DNA of 64,000 nucleotides. Source: Octopus bimaculoides (lineage: Eukaryota). The notes under the pieces were generated by a model. That model was not told the DNA's origin and did not search any database. It saw only the letters and a program-made list of their open reading frames with translations. The position numbers were made by a program, and so were the translations under genes. The stretch spans positions 88,822,698 through 88,886,697 of the forward strand of contig NC_068990.1 of assembly GCF_001194135.2 (NCBI RefSeq), written 5' to 3'. Shown here piece after piece: positions 24,752 to 37,552 of the stretch (positions are counted from its first letter, which is position 1; every line of letters begins with the position of its first letter).

Positions 24752-27700
24752 CTCTCTCTCTCTCTTTCAAGAACAATCATATTCTCTTCATGTTTCTCCC
24801 CAGCTGCAACCAACCACTCCCTTGGATTTCAGTATGCTTTTGAAATGATAGAAAATTCTGGTGACTCGGTAATTGGTAAGTTATATTTAATAATCTCTGT
24901 TAACATGTGAACGACTTGTATGTTTAGATTGTTAATTGTTATGTAGTGACTTTAAAGACATTCGTTGGTGTAAGTAGGGGAAGTGGGTGTGCTTAAGCGG
25001 AGTGAATGATACCAGAGCATGACCAAGAATAACCTGAGAAGCAGTGAGATTGGATCTCAGGATGTTGGACTCCATAGATAAGATGACACAAAATTGAGAA
25101 GTGATCTGTGGTCCTGGTCAGCCCATGCTAGCATGAGTGGAACAAATGTTACTACTAATCAAGAAAGTCGAGTGACCTCATTGTCATATGTTATGATAGT
25201 GGCATAGACTATCAACCACACATCTCCTTAGCAATAAACTTAGTTCAGTTTTAGCTATAAACTAACAAAAAGTGATATTAACATTTTAATAAGTTGTTGC
25301 AAATTCATTCAAAAGATAGATTTCTTAAATAATTTTTACTAGTCAAACTAATAACACTTCTATTCAAATATTGCTAAAATGCAGTTTGCTGTTTTATCCA
25401 TTAAGAGACTGATAAAATAAGCACCAGTGATACACATAATCAATTATATTTCCTTCCAAAATTGTCAGTGGAACCATATAAAACAATATTCTATAGTTAT
25501 GAATTCTTTTGGTTGTTTTAGACAACCTTTCATTTTCAATGTCATCTTTCTATTCTCACTTTTTAAAATTAAAAATCATTAATCTAAACCAGATTTCAAG
25601 AAAAACCCAGAGTGGGATTATCTGGTGTCAGTGTCTGGAATGTGGGACAGGGAATTCCAAAGATCCAGTCTTTGATGATGCGACAGTGTTTATAATATAT
25701 GCATTACTTTGGGTGTATAAGTTTGTCCATTGTTAACAGATTATGTAATGAATCCATAAAACCAATATTTAAAATAACATTTTATTGATTTTCATTTTTG
25801 TTTTCAGACAAAGAAGACAAAGTCATGATTATGTACATCAGTCGTGGCTTGTTATCAATTCTGACTGAAGCCCGAGATGTATTTGATACTATCTCTTACC
25901 ATAACACCAAACTGAATTTCAAAGTTATTATCAATACATATGCTGTCATTGATGGTAAGGGTCCAATTTTGTTGAAAGTCATGTAGATTAAGTAATATGT
26001 GTAGTCCATACTTCTGCTTTATTACTGTAATGCACTATCTTATTTTCATGTCACACCTTTAATTTACACCTCTATTTATATCCTGCCACAATCCAGTTGT
26101 TTTTTTCTCTAATCTCGGTGGAGGTTGATAAAATAAGTATTAATGGATTGCATTGTGGATTGAGTCAATCAATTATATTTCCTTTCATTACAAAACTGAC
26201 TTTATAAGTAAGAATGTCAAATGAATTAAAGTGGAAATATTTCTCATAAACTGAGTTGTAATTCCCTGACTTAAATTATCCATATTAACCTTACCATTCA
26301 TCCTGATACTATAATCAGAAGTGGGGATGCTAAGGCGAAGCTGTGTTTTAGTTCTTGGTGGAATCTAATATTATAATTCAAGCTAGATTGAAGTTGAGAA
26401 GTTAAAATACCACTTTTTTTTTTTTTTTTTTTGCTTTATTTCAAGCTCAGTTCAGAATTTTCAGATTTCTGTAGTTCAATTATTCATCTTATATTGATTT
26501 TGTTTTTGTTAAAAACATCACTTCTAGATTAAATTGAAATCTGAAGCTGAAAAGAAAGCATTCTTTTTTTTTTTTTTTAAAGGATAAACTTAAATTGCTT
26601 AGTTGAAATTTTAAACCAGTTGTTGACTAATTTCCTTTCTATAATTAAAACAGATACCATCCCAACAATGTATGAAAAGAGCTTCTTACAAGATGTTGCT
26701 GATCAAAATTATGCCAAATATGATGTCCCATATGAGAATACAACAGCAATTTTGGTAAAGAATTTTGAAATTTCAATACATCTCTCCTTCTCATTTTTGT
26801 GTGTGTCTTTTGTTTTTCACTTGAAATTATTTTTACTAGAGTGTTACCCATCATATGATAGGTAACTCTGGAAACATACTTCTGCAACTGTGGGTAATAT
26901 CCTTTTCATCTGTCTCTCTGATTCTTTCTCTTTCAGTATGTGTGTCTATAGTATTTTTTACTCATTGCTTGTTACCAAGCCAATTATCTGCACTCATCCT
27001 TATGTCATCTGTGAACACTGTTTGTGTATCTCTCTTCTACTTTCTCTTCTCTCAAAAAATTTCAAGTGTAACTGGAGAAATTAATCAACCAACCAACATA
27101 TCAGCTATCATTATGTAAAGATTATTGTCATTATTCTTATTTTTATTATGTACACCGACTCACCTACTTCTCTTTTTGTTAGAATACAATGACATTGCAG
27201 GTGAGATGTATCAATCACCTGAACTGATATATGTTTATGATGTAATTATTTATATGTTTTATCGTCTTTAGAAAGGAATGATGGTAGCTATAAACAAGAC
27301 AAAAGATCTCAGTTCCACTGTTGGGTTGTTTTATCGTCCATTGAACCAGTCTGACAAATATCTACCTGTATTCTCCTTGCCATACACCGATGAAGCTGAC
27401 AAAGGTAAAATATATCTATTTATACTTGTATTTTGTTCCACGTGAGTTTATAATGATGTTTTCTTGTCTGTTTCATCATCTTAGATGTACTTTAACATAT
27501 TTTGATCTATGTTGATCTCCAGCCATCAATCATCAGGTGCTAACTCTGAGCTACACCAGATTTTGAACTTACAACTTCATTTTTGCAACTGTATCTGATG
27601 CTCAAATCATTGGCCACTGCTGTAATTTTAAGATACTTTGGTGTCAGACTTAAGCATTTTCACTGTGTATTTTGTTTTTTACTGATGTTATAAGGGTTGA

Positions 27701-30700
27701 CTAAAAAGGTTAACACCAGCATAGTCATCTGGCCATATAAAAACTGCATTTAACCCTTTTGATACCAATGCACCTGACCCCCCCCCCCCTCCTGGTCTTG
27801 TGGTACAAGCTTCCTACATAAATTGATCTAAATTAAATTTTTCCATTAATACACAAGCACCAGACCTCATATACACCACTAATACCAAGTCACAACAGTT
27901 TTGCCTGAAATTTCAGTGACATGAAACAAATTGTTGGCTTAAATTTGAATTAAAAAAAACCCTCATTTTTGATAACATGTATTGAGCATTCCTTTCTATT
28001 TGTTAAACATAGAGCAGCTTGTGTGTGTGTAATATACATAATATGTATGTGCATTGTACACATTTATACACAGTCTAAGAGGGCTTTGAAAAGGACCTGC
28101 AGCTTTTCTGTCAGATTATAATTTAAAGCACTTTGTAGTTTGGAAAGGCTTTATACCATTTAACTTTTACAGAATATTTTCAACTTTTTATTTAAAATGT
28201 TGATTAAAATTTTCAATATTTTGAATCATTTATTATAAAATCACTAAGATATCTTTGCTGTAGTTCTTACTCTGAATATCAACCAAGCTTCTTTCTGTCT
28301 CTTAACTATGAACATTCAAGGAAGCTTATGTATTTGAGATATCTTTTCTTTTTTTTCAGCTCTGACTATGAGTATTAGCCAAGCATGTATCCATGATGGA
28401 ACTTTGATAGGAGTTGTTGGTGTTGATTTACACATGGAAGATATTGCACAAGACATTACCTATTTCAACCAAGAAGAGTCATCATATGCCTTCATCATCA
28501 ACACAGATGGTAAGTGGTTTTTATTAAATAACTCATTTTTTAACATGCACATGCTCACTCACAAAACTACAGCTGTTTAGCATCTATTTATTTTTTACAC
28601 CCAGGGGTTGGGTGTTGAGAGATTTTTTTTAAAACCATATTACTATTCATCTCAGAAGAGCAGCATCCTGAGATCTGATCTCACCTGTAGTACCGGTAGT
28701 GAGCATGTTTTGTGTTCTTTATTCCTTCATAAATCTCTTGGAAAAATTGAGTCCATCCCTACTGCAAACAAAAGAAGTGGATAAATGTTGTGGAGTTTGT
28801 CATTTTCTACCTTGCCACCTCACTTTGCAATTCAGTTCATTCTCCACCAGAACCAGCCATTTAGGACACGACCTTTCAGAAACAGCAAGTCACTGAATAT
28901 AGTGTAACATTTACTTGTCCCTCATCATTGTGTTTTTTGAAATTTTGCCAAAATTAATCAAAGAAAATTTTCAGAAGATCTGCAACCTGATATAACAGCA
29001 TTTATTAGGAAGTTCATAATGTTAAATCTTGTGAGTACATACTGCTTGGGTCAGTAGGAGAGGTGGTGGTGTAACATTCCAGTGTATCTTCTGTGTAATC
29101 ATTACTTGTAAGCAGAAAACTTCAATAGTGTTCCAACAACCCAGTACATCCCTCCATGCCTTCATTTTTTATTCCTTTCTCTTGTAAAAATTCACCTTTG
29201 TATCCAGTGAAAGGAAATCTTTATGGAATTGCTTTTTCCCTTTGTGTTTCAGGCTACACTATTATGCACCCATCTTTCAGTCGGCCAATCAGGACCAGAT
29301 TACAGCCAATGCATACAGATATAAGACATTTTGAAAATGTACCCAATTTTGCTGAGATACGAGATGCTATTTTAAGGTGATCAAATGGTGAAAATTATTC
29401 ACATTAGAATATGTTTCAATGAAATGATTTTTTTGTTTTTAGATATGAATAATTCCTTACAGTCAAGGTAGGTCACTCTGTGAAGAGATTTTAAGCCTTA
29501 GTTTCCATTCTTGATTGTAAGTACTTCACTTCGCATCATTTACCACTTATATTCCTATTGTCACATAACCCCATTTTCTATTTCCAATGAATATCTAAGA
29601 AATTTACTTGCACAAGATATGTAAGATATAAGCCAGCTGCTGGTGAATCAAATTTGTGGATCCAATTCTCAAATAACATTTTATTTTTGTAAACCAGCCA
29701 GGAGAGGAGAAGCAGTGCCAATGACTTCTGTAAGTTAAATGAGGTTGGTGAGATAGATGCAGCTGATATCTATTATAATATCTGTAAAAACATAAATGGA
29801 GAAGGTATCAAAAGTCTGATCTGAATGCTTGTAATGAGTAAACTCCACTTTAGGTACCCAAAGACCAAGTAATGATGTTCATGTTAGGATTATCATCCAA
29901 AGTGAAATCCTCTCACATCATAAATCAGTAATATCTTCAAGAAAGGCATAAACATTACAATAATTATAAAATAATTGATTCAATACTGTCGTATTTCTGT
30001 GTACTAAATCAGCTATAGAAATGTAAACGTTTCTAAGCGGCTTTCAGGTGTTAGTGCTTAGTTCTGATTTCAAGGTGTAACAAAGTTGAAAGAAAACTGT
30101 TACTCTGGATTAGGTGCTACATTTTGCAAGTAAAATTCCCAGACGATCTGCAACCTGTATTTGACAGCCAGGTGAAATATGGTACATAGACTTCAGTGTT
30201 TTGCTCTAATATATCATAATACTTACAGTAAACTTGAACTTAAGATTTGTCCTTTGTTTGCCCAGTACCTTTTTTCCTTGACTCATTTGCTTCTACAGTT
30301 GTTTCGAGAATCATTGAAGATAAATTGATGTTCCATTACTCAAGATCAAACCTATTGATATACCTACATTCATTCATTCATTAATTAATTTGTTGTTGAA
30401 ACTTGTAATTCAGTTAGAGCTGCTTGGGTCAATGGTGGAAGGGTCTAACATTTCAGTGTGTCCTTCATGTAATCACTTCTTGTAGACAAAAATAAAACTT
30501 AGTATTCCAACATCCCATTAGATCTGTGAATTTTTAATGGCTGACAAATTAGAGACTAAATCTTTTTTCAAATGCATTTTATCTGACTGTAAACTTTGTG
30601 TTGATGTTGTTTTCAGGAAAGAGCGAGGCAGGGAAATAGCTCCTCTTGAAGGCAATATAACAACAGAAAAGTCTGAAAATGATGGCCAAGCCACAATCAA

Positions 30701-33700
30701 TAGTTCTTTTGCTGTGTACAGCTGGAGAAAGGTAACTTTTTTTTTTAATATTGTATGTTTGTTCTTTATGACACGTAAAACAATGGTTGTACCTTAGAGG
30801 TAACTTCCAGTATCGTTGGTTCTCCCTCATTCCTACACTAATCCTTATCTCTTCAATATCTTCTGTACTAAGCCAAGAGTCCTGGTGTTGCTGTTGTCAC
30901 TGCCTGTTATGCTACTTGGTTTTCATGTAGCTTCTTGGGTTTTGGTCCAGTCGGTTAGTGACCCCTTGACTCTATAAATTTCTAAGACATATGTAAAAGT
31001 TGTCAGTTTTTATTTCCATGAATGAGTGAGAATTTTTTATGATTTTCAAATGTGTAGATGTTTTCCAAATCTTGTTGAAATTGGCTATCTTGATAAATTC
31101 TTATCTGTTGGAGTTTTACCTCGTGATCATCGCTAATCTTTAAGAAATCAGAGTTGATATTAATTAAATTACATACTGTTGTATAATATTATGTTTATTT
31201 ATATTTCACTTATATTTTTAGACATTGCACAATACTTGCTGTTTTCATTGTATAGAAGATATTTTGCCGAAGCTCATTGCATGCACTCACATGTTTGTCT
31301 GTCTCAAGCTGGTCCATCCAACAAGAAATTTGCTGCAATATTTAAGTCTGACTGAGTGATTTCCCTTAGCACCGATGATGATTTTGCTTTGTTTATATAT
31401 GATTGCTAAAATAATTACCAGATAACTTAGTTGAGCCAATGCACACCTTGAAAGCATGGCTGCAACCCACTGAATTATGAAGCTAGTAAAATGGAAACTA
31501 ATAGTTTTATGTTAATTTGCCTTAACCATTTGCTCCACCTTTTTGTGTAAGAGAATATTTGATAAACATTGTTTTTCTTTTTTTGTGAATGTTTTAATGC
31601 AATTTATTTTTTTTTATTCTAAAATTTATGTTGGATAATTTTTTTACTCCTCCAGATTCCAAATGTACCGTATATTGTGGTAATTAAAACACTCACAGAT
31701 AAAAAAGAAAGACGTCAAATGAAAAAGATTCATGGTAAGCTTTGTTATCTGCAATAATAATTGGTTTGGTTTGGTATACATTTAACCTCAGTGAGTACAG
31801 TGCTGTGTCATAGTTGTAGTCCACCAGTGAAAAAAATGATACTGGAATTTTAGGAGACTAGTGACGTTATTCATTAGTAAGAGTTACTTCAGCACGAACA
31901 AAATATGTTAGTATGTTGAAAAAATGAAATAGTTAACTCTATATAAAACTGTTTAAGATAATATAAAATTATTTTTAAGATCTCTAAAATAATTTTGAGG
32001 TTGTAAATCCTACCAAAAACATGCACTTAGATCTATTTAAATCAATGTTTTTGTTTGTCATGAAACACAGTATTAGATTTTTTTTTTTGTTTCACAGTAA
32101 AATTTGAGTGATGGCCATATTTACCTTACACAACATCTGTAGCTTTATGAACCAAATGTATAAGGTTTATGATATTTTTGCAGCAAATCTTTTATAACTT
32201 ATGCTGAATGCTGTTTCTGGGTATTTGTACTTTAGTAATGTGTGTGTTTTAGCATAAATGGCTTTTTACTTTATGATTGCAACTTCAGTTTAGGAACAGA
32301 TGCTACACTGATGTTGATGGCAGTGGTGACAACAGCATTGATGATCAGTGCTAAAATATTAAAAAAACAGCTGATAATCTAATAAAATGAATAACCTACT
32401 GGTTTTGTTTGTTTTCTTTTGTTTAGTGCTCACCCCAGAATTGGTATATCACAGGTTAGATTTACTACCAACAGATAACATGTGTGTCCATCTAAAACAA
32501 CTTTCAACACTTGGTAAGTTACATCTCTTTCGCTTTGATTTTTTATATTATGGTGTTAATATATATATGTAGTTTATATTAATGATCTGAATGTATACAG
32601 TAAAGTTATTCTTAGATGCATTCAAATGCACTATAACTCATCAAAAATGGGCAAAAGAGAGGAATAGAAAACAGCAAAAAAAAAAATCAACTAAAGAAAG
32701 ACAGCAGTTAAAGCTGAAAATGCATGCATAGTACACAAAATTCAAAAAGATTAGAAAATTGAACTGTAAAAGAGTCATGAAGAGCAAAGGGTACATGTGC
32801 ACATCAGGAGTAATGTTTGTTTTGTCGTAAGGGCATTATTATGTTTAGAAATAGTGACTCTTAGCTCAAGTCTAGTAACGCTTCTGAGGGTATTGAATCA
32901 ATCCATGTTCTGGGTGAAAATACTTATGGAATCAATTTTGTCTTTCATGCCTTCAGGATATATAAAACAAATACCAGTTATCCTCTGATCATTTCGATAA
33001 TTATAACTTCTCTTCCAAATTGTTTTTGTGCTGCTGTAAGGAAATTTATTGATGATTGTTGAGATAATTTCTAGTTAATAATATTGAATATTTCAAGCTC
33101 ATATCAAAAGTAGATTTAAAAGTTTTATCTTTTACCTAAGGATTTTGCATTATGTCTGACTCTTAAATGTGGATGCATGCATTGCTATATGATTAAGAAA
33201 TTCACAAGATGAAATATTTTGCTTCAAAGCCGTCATCTAATTTTTTCATCTTCTAAATGATTGGTGTAGACTGTGTCTAAATATATTGTTTCAATATCCT
33301 TATTTTGTTTTTGTTTGATTCCATTCTACAGATATCAGCACTGTATTCCTTGCTGCCAACAGTTTTATCAATCCATTTGAACATTTAAGTCAAGAAGAAA
33401 CCAGAAGAATGGTACAAGGCTATATAGCTTTCCTAAAAGACAACACTCGCCTAATCCAAAATCCAGGACTGAAGGTAAGTTATAAAGTGAATAACTTTCT
33501 GCTTCAAGTATAACATGTCTGTTTTATACTTATGACATACCTGTTAATCTTCTGCTTCATTTATACCTAATTTGAACATCTGTTGTCTAGTGGTCATGAA
33601 ACAAACATAAATGGATGCACCTACTGCACTCTTGGAGTGGTTGGCGTTAGGAAGGGCATCCCGCTGTAGAAACTCTGCCAGATCAGATTGGAGCCTGGTG

Positions 33701-36700
33701 CAGCCATCTGGCTCACCAGTCCCCAGTCAAACCNNNNNNNNNNCAGATTGGAGCCTGGTGCAGCCATCTGGCTCACCAGTCCCCAGTCAAACCGTCCAAC
33801 CCATGCCAGCATGGAAAGCGGACGTTAAATGATAATGATGATGCTCTTCAATGGGTGAGAACGGTAGTAAACTTATGTGAACTAAGTCTTTATTGCCTAG
33901 ATGAGTTGTTATCTCATTTTTCATATGTGCAATTTCTTGGTAGAGACAGTTGATATTGCTCTCCCGTTTCACATTATGAAACCAGGACTAAATACTATCT
34001 CTTAAAAGCTCTTTCAAGTTTAGATGGAATTTTTATTTATAAACAGTTAAAAGTGCTATTAGGGTATTTTCTTTAATATTTAGAACACTTTTCCTGGCTA
34101 GTTATTAAGAGGACTTAGTCCTGACAACACTACTTTAATGGTGTTCCATTACCCACTGGCTGACCTCCTGGATGTTACTGACTATTACCATATTGTTAAT
34201 ATTATATCTCTAAAACCAACAAACTTTATATTGGCTCTGGTCTGTAACATAAGAAATTTGCAAATATTTCTTGTTACTATATTGTTTTTATTTTCACTTG
34301 GAAATATCTTTAACAATTTTAGGATCAAATTCGAAATGATGTTGCTGCTACTGCAAGAATTAATGATGAATGGGTGCGACGTTTCCATACAAGTCAACTG
34401 AACGATTATATCATACGACGGTAAGTTTAATTCAGCTCCTTTTACAATATCTGCCAGTTTTTCTGCTCTTAATGCTTTTATATTTGTCTTTCTCTTTTTC
34501 TGTAGTTCGACATATTTGATAGCAGTTGATTAACTGCATCACCGTGGTAATGCTGACTGCAGAATCTTCAGTACCAACATCTCCCTCATCACTACCATGG
34601 CAGTAGCCATGGTAATGGTGATGGTAACTTTGCAATCATTGTTAAAAATAAGTATGGCTATACAGTGTAGCTGGTGAAACACTTGGAACCCATGTGATTG
34701 GCTATCAGTATAACAGATCTTATATATCCATGTAGCTACATACATCACCATGCTACAGGTACTATGTTGTTAACTTGGCAATGTCATGTAGCATATTGTA
34801 GCATTTGGGGTTGGGGAATGAAATGAGATTCTGTGCTAGAAATAGCATTGCCCACTATATTGAAAAGTTGGTATGAAAATATTATTGATGATGGCAATTA
34901 AAACTCAGTATGTCATTCTGTATACAGTAGTCTGACATCATTGAAATCAAGCTTGAATATGTATATATTTATGCTTGGAAACAGGTGAAGGTTGGTGAGC
35001 AGGAAGGGCATCCAGCAGAAGAGAATCTGTTTCAATGAACTCCGTCTGGCCCATGTGAGCTTGGAAAGTGTGGTGACAGTCATGCCCGTATCTTTATTAA
35101 ATACATCTTCCGTTGTACTGTAACATAAGACTTCAGAGTTAAACCATAGAGCTTTCAGCAGCTTGGCATGAAGATTAAATTGATTTGTTTTTGTTTTTTA
35201 TTTACAATTCATCAAGGACAGCTGGGAAGAAGAGGTTTATGAAAGACAAAACTAGTTCAATCTTCATGCCAAGCTGCTGAAATATGTCTTAAACATGGAA
35301 ATGATTCCATTCATTTATTAAACCTATAAAGATTGTCTCCCTTATTTGCAATATCCCCTTCATTGAGGCTTCTAGGGTCTGGAGGCTGAGTGCCCTCTCT
35401 GGTCATCAGTTACTGAATAAACCCTGAAGGTATTAAACCCTGGTAGGCTGTGTTTCTCTCTAGTCTCAGAGTGTAAAGCAAATATCAGAAAAATATCATC
35501 TCTCTTAGATAGAAGACCAGTCTAAGTTAATATTATCCATTCATTCTTTCTTAAAACCAGAGCCATTGAGGAATTGTAGAATAAAGTGTCCTTCTCAGTG
35601 ACTTAGCAAAATACTTAGAGTGGAGTTAAACTCACAAACAAGAAGTTGACAGCCCAGTATTATCAAAACATCAACATCCATGCTTGTGTAGGCCTTCCAC
35701 AGTACATACATATATGCATGCCTGTGTATATGCATAAGAATGAAAGGTATGCATCCAGAGGGAATTGTACACATTTAGATGATACCTTGATGTGTCAACC
35801 ACTTTATATACCTACATTACTCAGCAGATTTAACATGTAATATTCATGCTTTTGTTTTTTGATTTTACAGATATGTTGCAACACCTGGTGGTTCATTCCG
35901 AGTTTACCCAGGTACACTAATGGATAAGACCTATGACCCCACTAAAAGACCCTGGTTTGAAAGAGCACTTGCTTTCCCGGGTTTTGTGACACTTGCTGCT
36001 CCCTATCTAGATGTTGGAGGTGCTGGCTATATTGTCACTGTCAGCCATACTATATTTGAGGGAAAGTAAGTATATATATTTATATAAATGTGTATGAATC
36101 ATGCATATATAATTGTTTGTGTGTGTACTTGTATCTATATGTTTGTACACTACACTAGATAATTTGAAATGTACAGTTAATGCACTACGATTCAAATCAG
36201 ACTGAAGGTTTAACCAAATCCAAGTTTCTATATAGATATTCTATAAATATTTATAAACTACTAAACTCTGTGGACAGACAGATGTTGTTTTTCTGTGAAA
36301 AAAGTTTAAAAACTAGAAATTGGTCAGTTCAATCACATTTTTCTCTATCTACAGAGTGATAAGACTAGTTGTATAACCAATTTCTTTACTTTTCACAGCA
36401 ACCCTAAAATTAATAATTATTAAAATGAAGTATACTTTACATTCTCATGTATATTTATATTCCCTGGTAATATACTCCCATAGTTTCAGTGGCTCATTGG
36501 TTTCAACATGTGAGGACAATAAATGAAAATATCTTATTTGGAAAACAGGTCAGAATTAGCAGTAGGAAGAGCATCTCATCATAGAAAATCTGCCACAACA
36601 TGCTCCATTTAGCCTATGCTTGCATGGGAAAACTAACATAAAAACAATGATGATAATTATCACTCTCTGTCTGTCTGTCTGTCTCTCATTTACTGAGAGT

Positions 36701-37507
36701 AGTCACTCTTATTGTGAAGAGGCTGAACAAGCCAGGCAATGAAGCTGGATGTCCCAGTCAACTTAATTATATTTAGTTTTACAAAGTATTTATTATTTAT
36801 TATTTATTGTCATATTTGTATTTTGTTTTCTTACAGGAGAGCTGCACTCCACAGTCCTCAAGACAAAGTTGCTGCTGTGATGGGCATGGATATCACCCTT
36901 GGCTATTTCTATAAGATTCTGGCTGAGAAAGTACCAGCCTGTGAACAGCCAACTGTTAGGTAAGAAGTTATTTTTTATGATTTCACTGTGAATAGGTTGG
37001 TCTGATTTGAGAGAGATTTAGTTATCTGTAGCAGATTCAGTGACCAAGTAGAAGTCATGTAGCATTTGAAGAAGTAATTAATAAGGCTTATATTTCATGC
37101 ACACCTCTTTCCATATTTTATTCTGTAACAAGTAATGTTTAATCTAATATTAATTGAAAAGTTTAGCAAGAGATTTGAAAACCAAAAGCTAGAGTCTACA
37201 AGTAATTTGAATAATTTATGTATTTCTCAATTTTCTCTTATCATCATCATCATCATCATTAACTGTAGATTTTTCTTTGCTTGCATGGGTCAAGGAGAGT
37301 TCGTTGAGGCAAATTTTCAATGGCTGGATGCCCTTTGTGTCACCAACCTTCACATGTTTCCAAGCAATCAAATGTTTCTTCAAAGCTAGACATGATTTTC
37401 ATGGAAGATGAGAAACAAACAACCTCACTTGTGCGAAACTGATTCTCATTCACAACCATCAAGTGATATCTAGATGAGGGTGCACACAAACATACATATA
37501 TATGCAT

Positions 37508-37552
<45 letters not shown>

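Noticed and set aside
24869-24876. Alternative donor GTAATT 7 nt upstream of the used GTAAGT donor
   Set aside because: Weaker site that would frameshift; no other support.
33684-33793. Exact ~50-bp direct repeat on both sides of a 10-N gap inside a SINE
   Set aside because: Typical unmerged contig overlap, so an assembly artefact rather than a biological duplication.
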